From: a phage
Sequence record: PZ452596.1
DNA: 64,000 nt
Direction: 5' to 3' (one strand)
Positions 1 to 10,438 of this stretch are shown in pieces. A program made the translations under genes and the position numbers. Numbering within the stretch: position 1 is the first letter of the stretch; the number at the start of each line of letters is the position of its first letter. The notes under the pieces are model-generated. The model was given only the letters and a program-made list of their open reading frames with translations. It was not told where the DNA came from and did no database searches.

Positions 1-930
1 ACGAAGTTTATTAATAGGACCATCATACGGTAATTTACCTTTTTTGGTTTCATGTTGAGCAACTGATTCCAAAGAGAATGACGGCAAATTAGTAAAAGCG
101 AATTTCTTGTACAAATCTAAATAATCAAGAATAGATACGCCATCAATAGAATAAATTTCTTTGCTACCGTACATGTTTTGAATTAGTTTAGATTTTACTC
201 GACCGATTGGAGAAAAGCGTTTCATACTGCGTTCACCGAGAACCATTTTAACGCGATTCATGATATACGGAACGTCAAATCCCTCAATATTCCAACCGGT
301 AAAAATAGCAGGTCGTTTCTGTTCCCAGAGATTGATATATTCCATGAGCATATCACGCTCATTATCAAATGGCATATAAATTACTCGGTCAAGAATTTCT
401 TGAGGAACTTCATCGCCACCTTCACAGTCAAGCTTAGCAGCTAACTTTGCATCCCATTTTGATACTGAACCGTACATTGAATTCAAAAGGTCGAAAACAT
501 AAAAACGATCATCAATTGAATCGTAATGAGTGATAGCATCAATTTCATATTCAGCTTTCATTGGGTCAGGAAATTTATCACCAGTAACCTCAATGTCACA
601 GTTAGCTACACGAACAAATTTTCGGTCATAAACAATTTCTGAACCATATGTATCACTGATATAAGCGAGTTTAAAATCGTTCATACCGAGAGCTTCGAGA
701 CCGATGTCTTCCATTCGCTTCATCCAATCTCGTGCATCTTTCATTGATGGAAATTTTTGAGGAGTGCAGTTTTTACCATAAATGTCTTTGTATTTTGACT
801 CTTCCTTACAATGCCTAAACATAGTTGGAAGATATTCTACTTCACGAGTACGTTCCTTTCCGTTTTCATCAATATAACGTTCAACAATGTTATTTCCGAC
901 TGTTTCAATAGAGATATAAAATTCTTTCAT
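1..930 (-). CDS. 43: DNA polymerase gp43, N-terminal ~310 codons (rest of gene lies left of the window)
   Basis: Reverse strand open from window edge to ATG at 928-930; translation starts MKEFYISIETVGNNIVERYIDENGKE and contains the exonuclease DIE motif; matches the T4-type family B polymerase N-terminus from memory. Confidence 0.9.
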   Translation of the reverse strand, partial: MKEFYISIETVGNNIVERYIDENGKERTREVEYLPTMFRHCKEESKYKDIYGKNCTPQKFPSMKDARDWMKRMEDIGLEALGMNDFKLAYISDTYGSEIVYDRKFVRVANCDIEVTGDKFPDPMKAEYEIDAITHYDSIDDRFYVFDLLNSMYGSVSKWDAKLAAKLDCEGGDEVPQEILDRVIYMPFDNERDMLMEYINLWEQKRPAIFTGWNIEGFDVPYIMNRVKMVLGERSMKRFSPIGRVKSKLIQNMYGSKEIYSIDGVSILDYLDLYKKFAFTNLPSFSLESVAQHETKKGKLPYDGPINKLR

Positions 931-985
931 AGATATTCCTTAGTTTATAGCCCGAGTTATTAGGCTCTTGATATATTATACTCCA
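931..985 (-). promoter_or_regulatory. Gene 43 leader with operator-like hairpin and a GGGGC-UUCG-GCCCC tetraloop hairpin (approx 968-985)
   Basis: Minus-strand RNA reads GGGGCUUCGGCCCC...GAGCCUAAUAACUCGGGCUAUAAACUAAGGAAUAUCUAUG; resembles the T4 gp43 autogenous translational operator as remembered. Confidence 0.45.
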
Positions 986-1008
986 ATTAAGGGGCCGAAG
1001 CCCCTTGC

Positions 1009-1377
1009 TTAATTACCAATCGTATATTTAGGAACGAGTTTCCATTCATGTTTTTGTTTAAAAGAAATAACTCGGAAATTATTAGTTAAATCTTTCATAA
1101 AAGTTCTTTGACCAGGAACGATTTCAATCAGTCCCCAATCTTCTAACAACCATGCAATCGAATCACGACGAACTTCATCTTCTTCTGTCATTTCAACCTG
1201 GCGACCATCCATACGAAGCATTTCTTTAAAATGAACGATATAGTATAGTCCTTTTTTCTGAAGAATATGACAGGACTGATACAGAACTTTATCTTTATTA
1301 TTAGCAATTCCCATACGAGTCAAAGTTTCTTTTACTTTCAGAAAATCTTCAGGTTTTTTAAGAGTAATTTCAATCAT
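1009..1377 (-). CDS. regA: RegA translational repressor
   Basis: 122-aa ORF MIEITLKKPEDFLK...; ATG verified; position between 62 and 43 as in T4. Confidence 0.9.
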   Translation of the reverse strand: MIEITLKKPEDFLKVKETLTRMGIANNKDKVLYQSCHILQKKGLYYIVHFKEMLRMDGRQVEMTEEDEVRRDSIAWLLEDWGLIEIVPGQRTFMKDLTNNFRVISFKQKHEWKLVPKYTIGN

Positions 1378-1378
1378 T

Positions 1379-1942
1379 TTACCATTCCAATGCTAGTTTT
1401 TTGAGTTGTTTCTGTTCTTTTACGTTCTTAGTCACTTCTTTCAAAAAATCATCCGTGACTAAACCTTTTAGTTCTTTTAATACTAAAGGAAGTTTTCCAT
1501 TTTTAGTAAGAATTGATTTATAGTTAATTGCATCATTTGTATTAACTTGATACCGCTTAGCAAGTAACTTAATAATCAATACTTCGGTGGAATCTTCAAC
1601 CAGTTTTGCCCATTTACCATATCTTTTACCACGAGGAACTGCAGCCATTAGATAATTAAAATGAGCTTCATCACTTAAACCTGATCCAATTAAATTCATA
1701 GCATATACAGCTGGCATGCACTCTGGAAATTGTGATAATGCATTTTCAACCATGAATTTTGAATAATCTTTTTGAGCAATAGAGCATTTAGTTTTATTAT
1801 TAATAGCTCCAATTATTTCAAAAAACTCATTTTCAGCTTTTTCTTTAAAAGAATCAGCAGCGGATTGGACAGCTGTCCAATCTTTTGAATACCAAGCAAC
1901 TTGATGCTCGTTTAATTGAATATCATCTTCAAATAAGCTCAT
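1379..1942 (-). CDS. 62: Clamp loader small subunit gp62
   Basis: Track ORF 1379..1963 trimmed to internal Met ([20 protein letters not shown]), 187 aa; stop/start coupled with gene 44. Confidence 0.85.
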   Translation of the reverse strand: MSLFEDDIQLNEHQVAWYSKDWTAVQSAADSFKEKAENEFFEIIGAINNKTKCSIAQKDYSKFMVENALSQFPECMPAVYAMNLIGSGLSDEAHFNYLMAAVPRGKRYGKWAKLVEDSTEVLIIKLLAKRYQVNTNDAINYKSILTKNGKLPLVLKELKGLVTDDFLKEVTKNVKEQKQLKKLALEW

Positions 1943-1943
1943 A

Positions 1944-2903
1944 TCACTTCCACTGCATTTCACATGCTAATTGAATGAAAAGATAAGCTAAATGCAATTC
2001 AGTATTAGCTGCAATACCATGATACTGATTATTTTCGCCGACAATTTCGTACATACGAATAATACTCTGTGGAGTTACACGTGAATAGATTTCTTCGGCA
2101 AGTTTACCCACGAACCACGAATAATCGGCTGCATATTTTGGTGCTAAAGCTCTGAGTTGTTTAACATCTTTATTTTTGAGAGACTCAAGAACATCATCAA
2201 TAGCACCACGATCGTTAGTAACCAGTGATAAAATACCAGCATCCAAAACACCTTTAGATGAATAACTATCGAGCTCGCCAATAGTTTTACGAAAATCAGG
2301 AAAATTCTTTTTAACCAAAGCTGCTACAACTTTCATATCAGCTATAGCAATACCTTCATGCTTGCAGATTTCAGTCAATCGACGAATCATCTGCTTCATC
2401 ATTTCAATTTTATCTTCATCGGTCGGTTGACCGAATGTAATAACTCGGCAGCGTGACTGGAGAGGTTTAATAATACCATCAATATTGTTAGCAGTAATAA
2501 TAATACTACAGTTTGAACTATAAGCTTCCATAAAGGAACGAAGATGTCGCTGAGACTCTGCTAACCCTGAACGGTCAAATTCATCAATAACGATTACTTT
2601 TTGACGACCATCAAATGAAGCTGCACTGGCAAAATTAGTCAAAGGACCACGAACGAAATCAATTTTACAATCTGATCCATTCACAAACATCATATCAGCA
2701 TTTACATCATGACACAATGCTTTTGCTACAGTTGTTTTACCTGTTCCTGGAGAAGGAGAATGAAGAATAATATGTGGAATCTTACCTTTACTTGTAATAG
2801 ATTTAAAGGTTTCTTTATCAAAGGCGGGAAGAATACATTCATCGATAGTAGATGGACGATATTTCTGTTCAAGAATGTGTTCTTTTTCATTTACGGTAAT
2901 CAT
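1944..2903 (-). CDS. 44: Clamp loader large subunit gp44 (AAA+ ATPase)
   Basis: Track ORF trimmed to [17 protein letters not shown]; Walker A SPGTGKTT; 319 aa. Confidence 0.9.
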
Positions 2904-2935
2904 AATTTCCTCATTCAAGTTTTAGTGTAAATTAT

Positions 2936-2953
2936 AAAGGGCCGAAGCCCTTT
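2936..2953 (-). other. Intercistronic stable hairpin AAAGGGC-UUCG-GCCCUUU between genes 45 and 44
   Basis: Perfect inverted repeat with UUCG tetraloop on the transcribed strand; no U-run follows. Confidence 0.5.
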
Positions 2954-2954
2954 A

Positions 2955-3641
2955 TTAAAAATCGTGGGTAGAATCAGCTTCAAGAGCTACTACATAATTC
3001 GCATGTTCACCTTCAAATTTAGCAGCGCCTTGTTTACCTTTTGCCCAGAGCAGAAGTTTATAATTTCCTGGTTGCATTTTCATATTTGCCATATTGATAA
3101 TGAAATTAAATGTATTTTCACCATCATAATCACCAAGAGTCAAAGAATATTTAACACGGGTCAGAGCAGAATCTTCTACTTTATTAAAACCGTTAATTAC
3201 GATTTTACCTTCTTTTACTGTGATAGCAATTGTATCAATTTGCAGACCACGAGATACACGCAACAGTTGTTGAAGGTCTTCAGCTTTAATTTCAGTAACA
3301 ACAGATGCTACCGGGAATGGAATTGGTTTATTAGGAGCAACTACTGTACTCGGATCGGCTGCTGGCCAAAAAATTGTTGAACGAGCATCAGCAATTTTAA
3401 TATTTCCATCTTCTGACTGGGAAATTTCTGCATCATCATTAACTAGAGACAGAATACCGAGAAAACCGTTCAAATCGTAAATTGCTACATCAAAATCAAT
3501 AACGTCAGAAATATTTGCTTCCGCGTAAGTTGTACCATTAACTGCGCGAGTCATAATAAATTGACCGGATTTAAGCATAATGCCAGAGTTAATAGTAGCG
3601 AAATTTTTAAGCAGAGCAGTAGTATCTTTAGACAGTTTCAT
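2955..3641 (-). CDS. 45: Sliding clamp gp45
   Basis: 228-aa ORF MKLSKDTTALLKNFATINSGIMLKSGQ...; ATG verified. Confidence 0.9.
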   Translation of the reverse strand: MKLSKDTTALLKNFATINSGIMLKSGQFIMTRAVNGTTYAEANISDVIDFDVAIYDLNGFLGILSLVNDDAEISQSEDGNIKIADARSTIFWPAADPSTVVAPNKPIPFPVASVVTEIKAEDLQQLLRVSRGLQIDTIAITVKEGKIVINGFNKVEDSALTRVKYSLTLGDYDGENTFNFIINMANMKMQPGNYKLLLWAKGKQGAAKFEGEHANYVVALEADSTHDF

Positions 3642-3670
3642 GTAATTTCCTTCAATTCAAATGAGATTTA

Positions 3671-3695
3671 ATTTTATAACTAATTTAATAAAGCA
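3671..3695 (-). promoter_or_regulatory. Middle (MotA-dependent) promoter upstream of gene 45
   Basis: Minus strand TGCTTTA (MotA box) - 12 nt - TAAAAT, about 30 nt upstream of gene 45 ATG. Confidence 0.5.
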
Positions 3696-3696
3696 A

Positions 3697-4086
3697 TTAA
3701 CGATTAAAATCAGCCACAATTGTTTCCGCAACAATTTGAGCAGCAACAATTAGACGTTCATCTGCATTACCACAATAATCATCTTCAAGACGTTCACCAC
3801 ATGAAGTCATAATAAATTTAGCACCGGCGTTTAGAGATTCTGTAGTATGTTTGCGCATTAGTTCAATCCATTTATTACTTACTTCACGATCGATAGCTTC
3901 ATAATACGCATGACGAGCAGGTGCAGATTTAATTTTGTTCTGAATAACTTCCATTGCGTTATCAGAAAGAGACAAAACCCATGCTCGACGAATTTTATTT
4001 TGGTTTTGTGGATTTGATTCAGAACGCACGTGTTTTGGCTGAATATCTTTTACATCAACAGTATAATTCACAGTAATTTTAGTCAT
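3697..4086 (-). CDS. rpbA: RNA polymerase binding protein RpbA
   Basis: 129-aa [21 protein letters not shown]...; T4 order 45-rpbA. Confidence 0.75.
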   Translation of the reverse strand: MTKITVNYTVDVKDIQPKHVRSESNPQNQNKIRRAWVLSLSDNAMEVIQNKIKSAPARHAYYEAIDREVSNKWIELMRKHTTESLNAGAKFIMTSCGERLEDDYCGNADERLIVAAQIVAETIVADFNR

Positions 4087-4095
4087 AATACACCT

Positions 4096-4284
4096 TTAGT
4101 CATAATAATCAGTAACAGTCCAAGCTTCATTTCTATTGGACATTATTTTTGTATATTCTGCTTTAAATGCATTCCTAAGCATAGATTCAGTAACTATATG
4201 CTCTTCATTAGAAAAATTATTTCTCAGAATATATCGTTTTATTTCAGGAATAGTTAATAGATGTTGTCCAGTTGAATATTCCAT
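4096..4284 (-). CDS. Hypothetical protein (T4 45.2 position), 62 aa
   Basis: Track ORF with ATG; RBS GGAGGAAA upstream. Confidence 0.55.
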   Translation of the reverse strand: MEYSTGQHLLTIPEIKRYILRNNFSNEEHIVTESMLRNAFKAEYTKIMSNRNEAWTVTDYYD

Positions 4285-4289
4285 GTTTT

Positions 4290-4313
4290 TCCTCCACAGA
4301 GATTATACTCTAA
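4290..4313 (-). promoter_or_regulatory. Middle promoter upstream of the 45.2-like gene
   Basis: Minus strand ATGCTTTA - 11 nt - TATAAT, then RBS GGAGGAAAAACATG. Confidence 0.5.
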
Positions 4314-4339
4314 TAAATTAAAGCATAATCTCTTATAAA

Positions 4340-6022
4340 TTAAACCATTACAGTAAATCGACCAACTTTCTTCATTTGAAGATGCTGACCATATGCTTGC
4401 GGGTCATGGTCTCTATGTGAAATAACAAAAACATTAGTATTTTTTAAACTATCTAAAATAGTTGAAATAGCTTTTACACCTTCAACGTCGGTCGCTGAAT
4501 CAAAAACTTCATCAAGAATTAGTGTGTTTATTTTAACACCTGAAACTTTTTCAGCAATATCACGCCAAGTAAATAAAAGAGCAATATCAATTCGTGCTTT
4601 TTCACCTTGACTGAATGAAGCATAACTAAAATCTTCACGACCACGGGATTTAATTGTCTCATTAAATTCTTCATCTAATGTAAACACATAATCCGCTTCC
4701 ATTATTTTAAGATAATGGTTAATCTGCTTATTAAATAATGGAATGTACTTTTTAATAATAGCACCTTTAATACCAGAATCTTTGAGCATATCAGTCAAAA
4801 TTCCTCGGTGGTATTTTTCCATTACTAAATTAGTTTTTGTCTTAACAATTTTATCAAGTTCTTCTTGAAGCAATGCTATTTCATCAGCGTGGTCAATAAA
4901 CTCAGAAGATGCTTTTTCTATAGCCGCTTTAACTTTTTTAGCTTTATCTACCGTCGTGATTAGAGATTGCTTTTTATTGCGAATATCATTTGCCAACGAC
5001 TGTTGGGTTTTAATATTATCTCGGTATTCATCAACAAGAACTTTTAAATTATCACGATGCGTTGAAAGCTGTTCAAATGAATGTGTGCATTCAGAAACTT
5101 TATCTTTAATTTTAGAAACAACTTTATCACCGGAACTTAATTGTGACAAACAGGTTGGGCATAATCCACCTTCGTGATACATATTAATGACTTTATTATA
5201 CGAGTCAATTTTTGATTTAATTAAAACTGCTTCTTGACCGATTTTATTAAATGCATCAGTCGGGTCTTCATCCAAAACAATATTAACTAATCTTTCATTA
5301 GCTTCTTCTATTTCCGATTTTAGCGTTCTAGCTTCTTTTGCCAAATCATCATACATATTTTGAAGACGTGTAAGGTTGTCACCCGTTAATTTTTTCTGGC
5401 GTTCAACGTTATCATTATATATTTTAATTTGTTGGATAATACTATCTTTTTTAACATCAAGCACTTGGTTTTGTGAATTTAATTCACGTATTAGTGCTTT
5501 ATTAAGCTTATCCATTTCAGCTAATGTTCCTACCTCGAGCAGGTCTTCCACAAGCTTTCTTCGCGCAGGGGTCGACAAACCCATGAAAGGGGTATACCCT
5601 GCTGTACCAAGGACAACAATCTGCTTGAAACTGGCATATGACATTCCGATAAGCTGTTCAAATTCTGCTTGGAAATCTTTACTGCTGGCAGATTCATTAA
5701 GACGTGTACCGTTAACGGTGATTTCGAAAACGTTCGGTTTTTGTCCTCTTTTGATATAGTACTTTTTCTCATCATATTCCATCCACAGTTCAACTAAAAG
5801 TTCTTTCTTATTTGTGCTGTTTATTAATTGGCCTTTCTTTACGTCACGAAATGGTTTGCCAAAAAGCCCAAATGTGATGGCTTCTAACATAGTAGACTTA
5901 CCACCGCCATTTCGGCCAGTAATAAGAGTTTTTTGAACCTTATCTAATTGAATGTCAATAGGATTTCCACCTACTGACATTATATTTTGATACCTAACTC
6001 GGTTTAGTTTAAAATTCTTCAC
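4340..6022 (-). CDS. 46: Recombination endonuclease subunit gp46 (SbcC/Rad50-like ATPase)
   Basis: 560-aa ORF; Walker A GRNGGGKST; apparent GTG start. Confidence 0.9.
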   Translation of the reverse strand: MKNFKLNRVRYQNIMSVGGNPIDIQLDKVQKTLITGRNGGGKSTMLEAITFGLFGKPFRDVKKGQLINSTNKKELLVELWMEYDEKKYYIKRGQKPNVFEITVNGTRLNESASSKDFQAEFEQLIGMSYASFKQIVVLGTAGYTPFMGLSTPARRKLVEDLLEVGTLAEMDKLNKALIRELNSQNQVLDVKKDSIIQQIKIYNDNVERQKKLTGDNLTRLQNMYDDLAKEARTLKSEIEEANERLVNIVLDEDPTDAFNKIGQEAVLIKSKIDSYNKVINMYHEGGLCPTCLSQLSSGDKVVSKIKDKVSECTHSFEQLSTHRDNLKVLVDEYRDNIKTQQSLANDIRNKKQSLITTVDKAKKVKAAIEKASSEFIDHADEIALLQEELDKIVKTKTNLVMEKYHRGILTDMLKDSGIKGAIIKKYIPLFNKQINHYLKIMEADYVFTLDEEFNETIKSRGREDFSYASFSQGEKARIDIALLFTWRDIAEKVSGVKINTLILDEVFDSATDVEGVKAISTILDSLKNTNVFVISHRDHDPQAYGQHLQMKKVGRFTVMV

Positions 6023-6234
6023 AAAAGATTCCTTTTAATGTATCTTTTAGACCATTCTATCATATCATCATAATCTAAAAAGTATTCATCAAATTCAGCC
6101 ATGCAAACAACGCCTTGTGCTGTTTTTGATGTAATGTAAATTATTCCAACATATCTAGAATCTTCTTCGATATAATCAATATTTGCTATGAATTCATCAT
6201 TAATGTCAAATGTCGAAAACTTCACAGTATGCAT
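6019..6234 (-). CDS. Hypothetical protein (46.1 position)
   Basis: Track ORF 6019..6282 trimmed to internal ATG; stop overlaps gene 46 start. Confidence 0.45.
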   Translation of the reverse strand: MHTVKFSTFDINDEFIANIDYIEEDSRYVGIIYITSKTAQGVVCMAEFDEYFLDYDDMIEWSKRYIKRNLL

Positions 6235-6469
6235 CCTTAATACAAGATACAGCCATATCTCGCAATGATTTAGGTGTGTCATTATCTAAAATGTTGAAGT
6301 TAAAAGATACAGCCCAGTCAGTGCAGACCGTAACCTTTTTAATACAATTATCTTCAACCTCTAACGGTTCAAACCAATATTCAATAATTTCTTTATGCCC
6401 AATATCATCCTTTACTTCGCATTCAAAATGCTGACTCATCATAACATTTTTAAATTCATCAAAAGTCAT
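6206..6469 (-). CDS. Hypothetical protein (46.2 position), 87 aa
   Basis: Track ORF; start overlaps gene 47 stop. Confidence 0.5.
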   Translation of the reverse strand: MTFDEFKNVMMSQHFECEVKDDIGHKEIIEYWFEPLEVEDNCIKKVTVCTDWAVSFNFNILDNDTPKSLRDMAVSCIKDAYCEVFDI

Positions 6470-7485
6470 TGTGTTGCCTCTACATATAGCTGATTTGCAT
6501 ATTGAATAAGTGCTTCACGATCAGAATCAGTGATGTCTGGAATTGCATTAATATACTCTTCCATTAATGTCTGAAGCGATTGAACTTCAACTTCTTCACT
6601 GTCATCTGACTCAACAGAGTTATCAATCTTTGACACAACTCGTAATGAATGCACAACTTTTTCTAGTTCAGATTCGAACTTCGTCAGATTTTTGTCTACT
6701 TCAGTTACTATAACACGTACTGATAGATTTGTAAAATCTTTATAGTCAATTTTTCCCTTAAATGGATAATGAATTCGACGATGCCAGGTAGTGTTGTTTG
6801 GAATAAATTCCATTCGTTCTGTTTCTGTATCAAACATCCAGAACCCACGAGGGTCATTCTCGTCACCTGCAGTTAGTGTCCATGGTGTCCCAATATATCT
6901 GACGTTAGCAGCCTCAGAGATAGTATGGAAGTGACCAGACCACACCTCTTTATAAGTCTTAAGGAAATCAGGTTCAAGACCGTGAGATTTCATTCCTTTA
7001 TAAAAATAAAATCCATTCAGTTCCCAATGACCAACACAAAAAGAAGCAGATGAAGTTTTGATATGCTCAAGAATTTCACCAGTATTTTCTTCGCACATCC
7101 AAGGAATCAAATCAATCAAACACCCGTCAAAATCTACTGTAGTAGGCTTATCATATACTTTAACATTAGGATATTTAGCCAAAAGCTCAGTAGAGGCATT
7201 TGGATGCATTACATTTTTATAGTGGAGATCGTGATTTCCTACAATAGTATGTAATGTAATTCCAGCATCATCAAGCGTTTGAACTATTTCACGGGCGAAC
7301 TCCATAGTTTTGTGTGTGATTGCTTTTCGCACATCAAAAATATCACCGTATTGAATCCAGGTAGTAATTCCATTTTTCTTAGAATATTCTATTGCTTGTT
7401 TAATTCCATCAATTTGAATACCGCGAATCCACTCATCATCAGCTTTAACGCCTAAATGCCAATCACCTAAATTTAAAATTTTCAT
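6466..7485 (-). CDS. 47: Recombination endonuclease subunit gp47 (Mre11-like phosphoesterase)
   Basis: 339-aa ORF with GDWHLG and GNHDLH phosphoesterase motifs. Confidence 0.9.
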   Translation of the reverse strand: MKILNLGDWHLGVKADDEWIRGIQIDGIKQAIEYSKKNGITTWIQYGDIFDVRKAITHKTMEFAREIVQTLDDAGITLHTIVGNHDLHYKNVMHPNASTELLAKYPNVKVYDKPTTVDFDGCLIDLIPWMCEENTGEILEHIKTSSASFCVGHWELNGFYFYKGMKSHGLEPDFLKTYKEVWSGHFHTISEAANVRYIGTPWTLTAGDENDPRGFWMFDTETERMEFIPNNTTWHRRIHYPFKGKIDYKDFTNLSVRVIVTEVDKNLTKFESELEKVVHSLRVVSKIDNSVESDDSEEVEVQSLQTLMEEYINAIPDITDSDREALIQYANQLYVEATQ

Positions 7486-7620
7486 ATATCAAGAACCGTC
7501 ATTGAAATGCAAAATAAAATTATTGAAATAAATCCATCTGGAGTACTAAAGAACCCAATCCAACATGCTCTAGTGAATAGATAAAATGCAAGAAAAAGTA
7601 TCACATATCCAAGAAATATC

Positions 7621-7646
7621 ATTATATCAAACTCCGTATAAAGCTA
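7621..7646 (-). promoter_or_regulatory. Candidate middle promoter with variant MotA box upstream of the gene 47 leader
   Basis: Minus strand AGCTTTA - 12 nt - TATAAT. Confidence 0.3.
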
Positions 7647-7663
7647 AAGGGCCGAAGCCCTTT
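7646..7663 (-). other. Stable hairpin AAAGGGC-UUCG-GCCCUUU overlapping the a-gt stop codon
   Basis: Same repeated hairpin as at 2936; no U-run after it. Confidence 0.5.
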
Positions 7664-8864
7664 ATTTTGTAATAATGTCAAACTGTTCTTTAAAACAGAA
7701 GCTTGAATCTTGATGCTGATACAAAAATTCATATGCTTTTTCTCGCTCACGGTCATAAAGAGCTCGGTCAGATGACAGTTCTTTAATACGCTCGAATGTT
7801 GATTCCATATCATTTTCATCAAACCAAACGATACCGCTATCATGCGAGGTCAAAGGAGTATTATCAACACGGAATTTTAAATTTTCGCCAGTAGATTTCC
7901 AAAATACCGGAATTGTTCCACATGCACCAAGCTCGAGATGAGTATATTCTAAAGAACGTTGTAGATATTTTTTATCCAACTTACTCAACTGATAACCAAA
8001 TCCGGATTTACTCATACGTTCAAGCATTTCGCTATTTACATAACGGTCAAGAATTTGCGTTGGCAAATTAGGAGCAATTTTAATTTGGTCTACTTGATGA
8101 AGACGATAATACTCGTATGGAATTCCTTTTTCTTTAATAGGAATGAACGCTGGAGAACGTTCCAGACCTTCCATAATAGTACTTAGTCCTGCAGGTTTAA
8201 GATGTTTTTCGTGAAAATCAAACATCTGATAAAAACCTTTCCATGTAGTCGTACGACCAATCCAACGGTTGATATTCATGTTAATTTCAGAAACATCTTT
8301 CCAGTAGGTTGATCGAACCTTTGCAATATCCATCGGAGGCTGAAAGTTATATACGGTCGGTGCTTCTTCAATATCATCAAACAGAGAAACAGTTTCTGGA
8401 TACCATTCTTTCATCAGAACTTTATTAAAATCACCATTATCAGAATGGCTAAAAATAACATCAGCTCGACGAACAGTTTCTTCTAATCCCAAATTTCGGC
8501 GCAAAGAAAGAGAAGAATGGTCATGTTGATAAACTACAACACGAACCGAAGGTTTAATGTTATCAATAATTTTTTTATAGTTATTAATAGTGTCTTCTTC
8601 AACTGAAGTAGCAGGAACTGAATTGATAATTAGAATATCACAATCATTTACCAGCTTAAGTGTTTTATCGTATTCTTTTGCCAATAAAACCGGAATTGAA
8701 AATGATTTATAATCATGCGCGCAATTACGAGTAAATGATTTATCTTTAGCATAAACCAAAGTTACTTCATGACCATTTTTAATAAACCAATCACGTTGCT
8801 CAAGAGAAAATTTAGTTACACCGCAACCTTCAAGACCTCGAGCCATAAAAATACATACTTTCAT
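7662..8864 (-). CDS. a-gt: DNA alpha-glucosyltransferase
   Basis: 400-aa ORF MKVCIFMARGLEGCGVTKFSLEQRDWFIKNGHEVTLVYAKDK...; matches remembered T4 alpha-GT. Confidence 0.85.
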   Translation of the reverse strand: MKVCIFMARGLEGCGVTKFSLEQRDWFIKNGHEVTLVYAKDKSFTRNCAHDYKSFSIPVLLAKEYDKTLKLVNDCDILIINSVPATSVEEDTINNYKKIIDNIKPSVRVVVYQHDHSSLSLRRNLGLEETVRRADVIFSHSDNGDFNKVLMKEWYPETVSLFDDIEEAPTVYNFQPPMDIAKVRSTYWKDVSEINMNINRWIGRTTTWKGFYQMFDFHEKHLKPAGLSTIMEGLERSPAFIPIKEKGIPYEYYRLHQVDQIKIAPNLPTQILDRYVNSEMLERMSKSGFGYQLSKLDKKYLQRSLEYTHLELGACGTIPVFWKSTGENLKFRVDNTPLTSHDSGIVWFDENDMESTFERIKELSSDRALYDREREKAYEFLYQHQDSSFCFKEQFDIITK

Positions 8865-8888
8865 TTAATATCCTCTTTGTTTTGGTTT

Positions 8889-8912
8889 ATTTTACCAAAA
8901 ATTTATAAAGCA
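8889..8912 (-). promoter_or_regulatory. Middle promoter upstream of a-gt
   Basis: Minus strand TGCTTTA - 11 nt - TAAAAT. Confidence 0.45.
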
Positions 8913-8914
8913 AT

Positions 8915-8934
8915 ATAGGAGCCGAAGCTCCTAT
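8915..8934 (-). other. Hairpin AUAGGAGC-UUCG-GCUCCUAU
   Basis: Inverted repeat seen directly; overlaps the stop of a small upstream ORF. Confidence 0.4.
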
Positions 8935-9104
8935 CCGCATAATACGCCATACAGAGGCTCATTAGAGCTTCTAAATTTTATGCGCTTATATGTTATAGTT
9001 CCTTCTGCTTTAGCTTTATCATGAGACTCTTTAAAGCGTCTCATCATTTCCTCTTTAGAGGAACGAATTTTATTATAATCTATTTCAGAAGTCTGGGTGT
9101 TCAT
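8931..9104 (-). CDS. Small hypothetical ORF, 57 aa (MNTQTSEIDYNKIRSSKEEMMRRFKES...)
   Basis: Hand-translated; below the ORF-track size cutoff; 3 nt after the upstream stop. Confidence 0.3.
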   Translation of the reverse strand: MNTQTSEIDYNKIRSSKEEMMRRFKESHDKAKAEGTITYKRIKFRSSNEPLYGVLCG

Positions 9105-9107
9105 CTT

Positions 9108-9314
9108 TCATAACTGCCACCATTTTTTGACTTGATAAGAATCAACCCACACTTTCATATTAGGGTCTGCTCTTACAATAGGAGGATTAACTTCTTTAAT
9201 TGAACTATCATGGTATTCTTTTTCAGAAATTTTCACACAAAGATGACCATTCAAAGATTCAGTAAATCCTGCATTAATTTTAAGACGCTTGAATTTTACG
9301 TGTGTAAGCATCAA
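9108..9314 (-). CDS. Hypothetical protein, 68 aa
   Basis: Track ORF. Confidence 0.45.
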   Translation of the reverse strand: MMLTHVKFKRLKINAGFTESLNGHLCVKISEKEYHDSSIKEVNPPIVRADPNMKVWVDSYQVKKWWQL

Positions 9315-9597
9315 TCATATCCTCAATCTGCGATCTAGTAGTCTTCCAAAGAATACTGATGAGTTCATCGTTATATGGCTGTTTTAGAATATCCCGACTT
9401 TTCTTGATAGCATATTCGTATTGAGCAAAATTATTATTTTCAGCTGCAATCTGAGCGTGCTTATAAAGACGATTCAGTTCACGTTTGTTTTTAGACAATA
9501 ACTTATTTGCTTTTCTTTCTGCTTCAAGACGGTTCTTTTCTTCAATAGAAGAAATAAGCTTTTCCACTTCATCATTAATTTCGGGTTTATCAGTCAT
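9280..9597 (-). CDS. Hypothetical protein, 105 aa
   Basis: Track ORF. Confidence 0.5.
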   Translation of the reverse strand: MTDKPEINDEVEKLISSIEEKNRLEAERKANKLLSKNKRELNRLYKHAQIAAENNNFAQYEYAIKKSRDILKQPYNDELISILWKTTRSQIEDMIDAYTRKIQAS

Positions 9598-9598
9598 A

Positions 9599-9817
9599 TT
9601 ATTTCTCTAATATAAAATAAAAATCATCATCTGTTAAATGATACCGATAGTTTAATTCTACACCATTAGATTTAAAAGCGGTATCATACGGATTTTCTGG
9701 ATCAATATCAATGTCAAGAGCTAAAACTTCCCTGAGATACATTTTAAGTAAATAGGGAATAGCTTCAACTTCAGGTATTTCTTCCAAGAATCCGGAGAGG
9801 TTAATCGTTAGCCTCAT
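9599..9817 (-). CDS. Hypothetical protein, 72 aa
   Basis: Track ORF; start overlaps gene 55 stop. Confidence 0.5.
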
Positions 9818-10358
9818 ATAAAAAATCCAAACTAGGAGAATCGTCTACAACACTTTTCTTTTCAGCCCCCGGTGTTCTATAGGTTGATTCTTCGTAATGC
9901 GTCATTTTATCATAGATGTCTTGAATAAAAGTTTCATCTACTAACGCAACCATATCGTCGTCACGACTGTCATAGACATTGTGAACGAAGTAACTATATT
10001 TCTTTGCAACTTCCTTACGTTCTTTTTTAATACGTTGGACAAATGCATTAAAACAAGCTTGAGTTATATACGCATGTGGGTTTTTATATTTCGTTTCATC
10101 AAAATTGTGAAGCCCCTTAATAGAAGCTTCTATACCATCTGCAATCATTTCTTGTTTCCAAGACTGGGTGTATCCTGAAAAGTTGAAACGTTTAGATAAG
10201 CCTTCTGCAATAAGCATAATGGCTAATCCGATAGTATCATTCTGACGAACTACTTTATTTGGGTCTTTATTATTTGCTAATTCTGTTTTCCAATCAATAA
10301 TAGCTTGTAAAAGCTCTTTATTGTTTACGTAATTATATTTAGGCTTAGTTTCTGACAT
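9801..10358 (-). CDS. 55: Late-transcription sigma factor gp55
   Basis: Track ORF trimmed to [24 protein letters not shown] (185 aa). Confidence 0.9.
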
Positions 10359-10438
10359 TTTCACCTCTTAGCTCAATTCATAGATCTATTATATCATAAT
10401 ATTTGAAGATCTATCTTAAAGCACAGAGGATGAATCAG

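Noticed and set aside
10365-10438. Possible MotA-box promoter (TGCTTTA) upstream of gene 55
   Set aside because: No -10 element at the expected 11-13-nt spacing; left unannotated.
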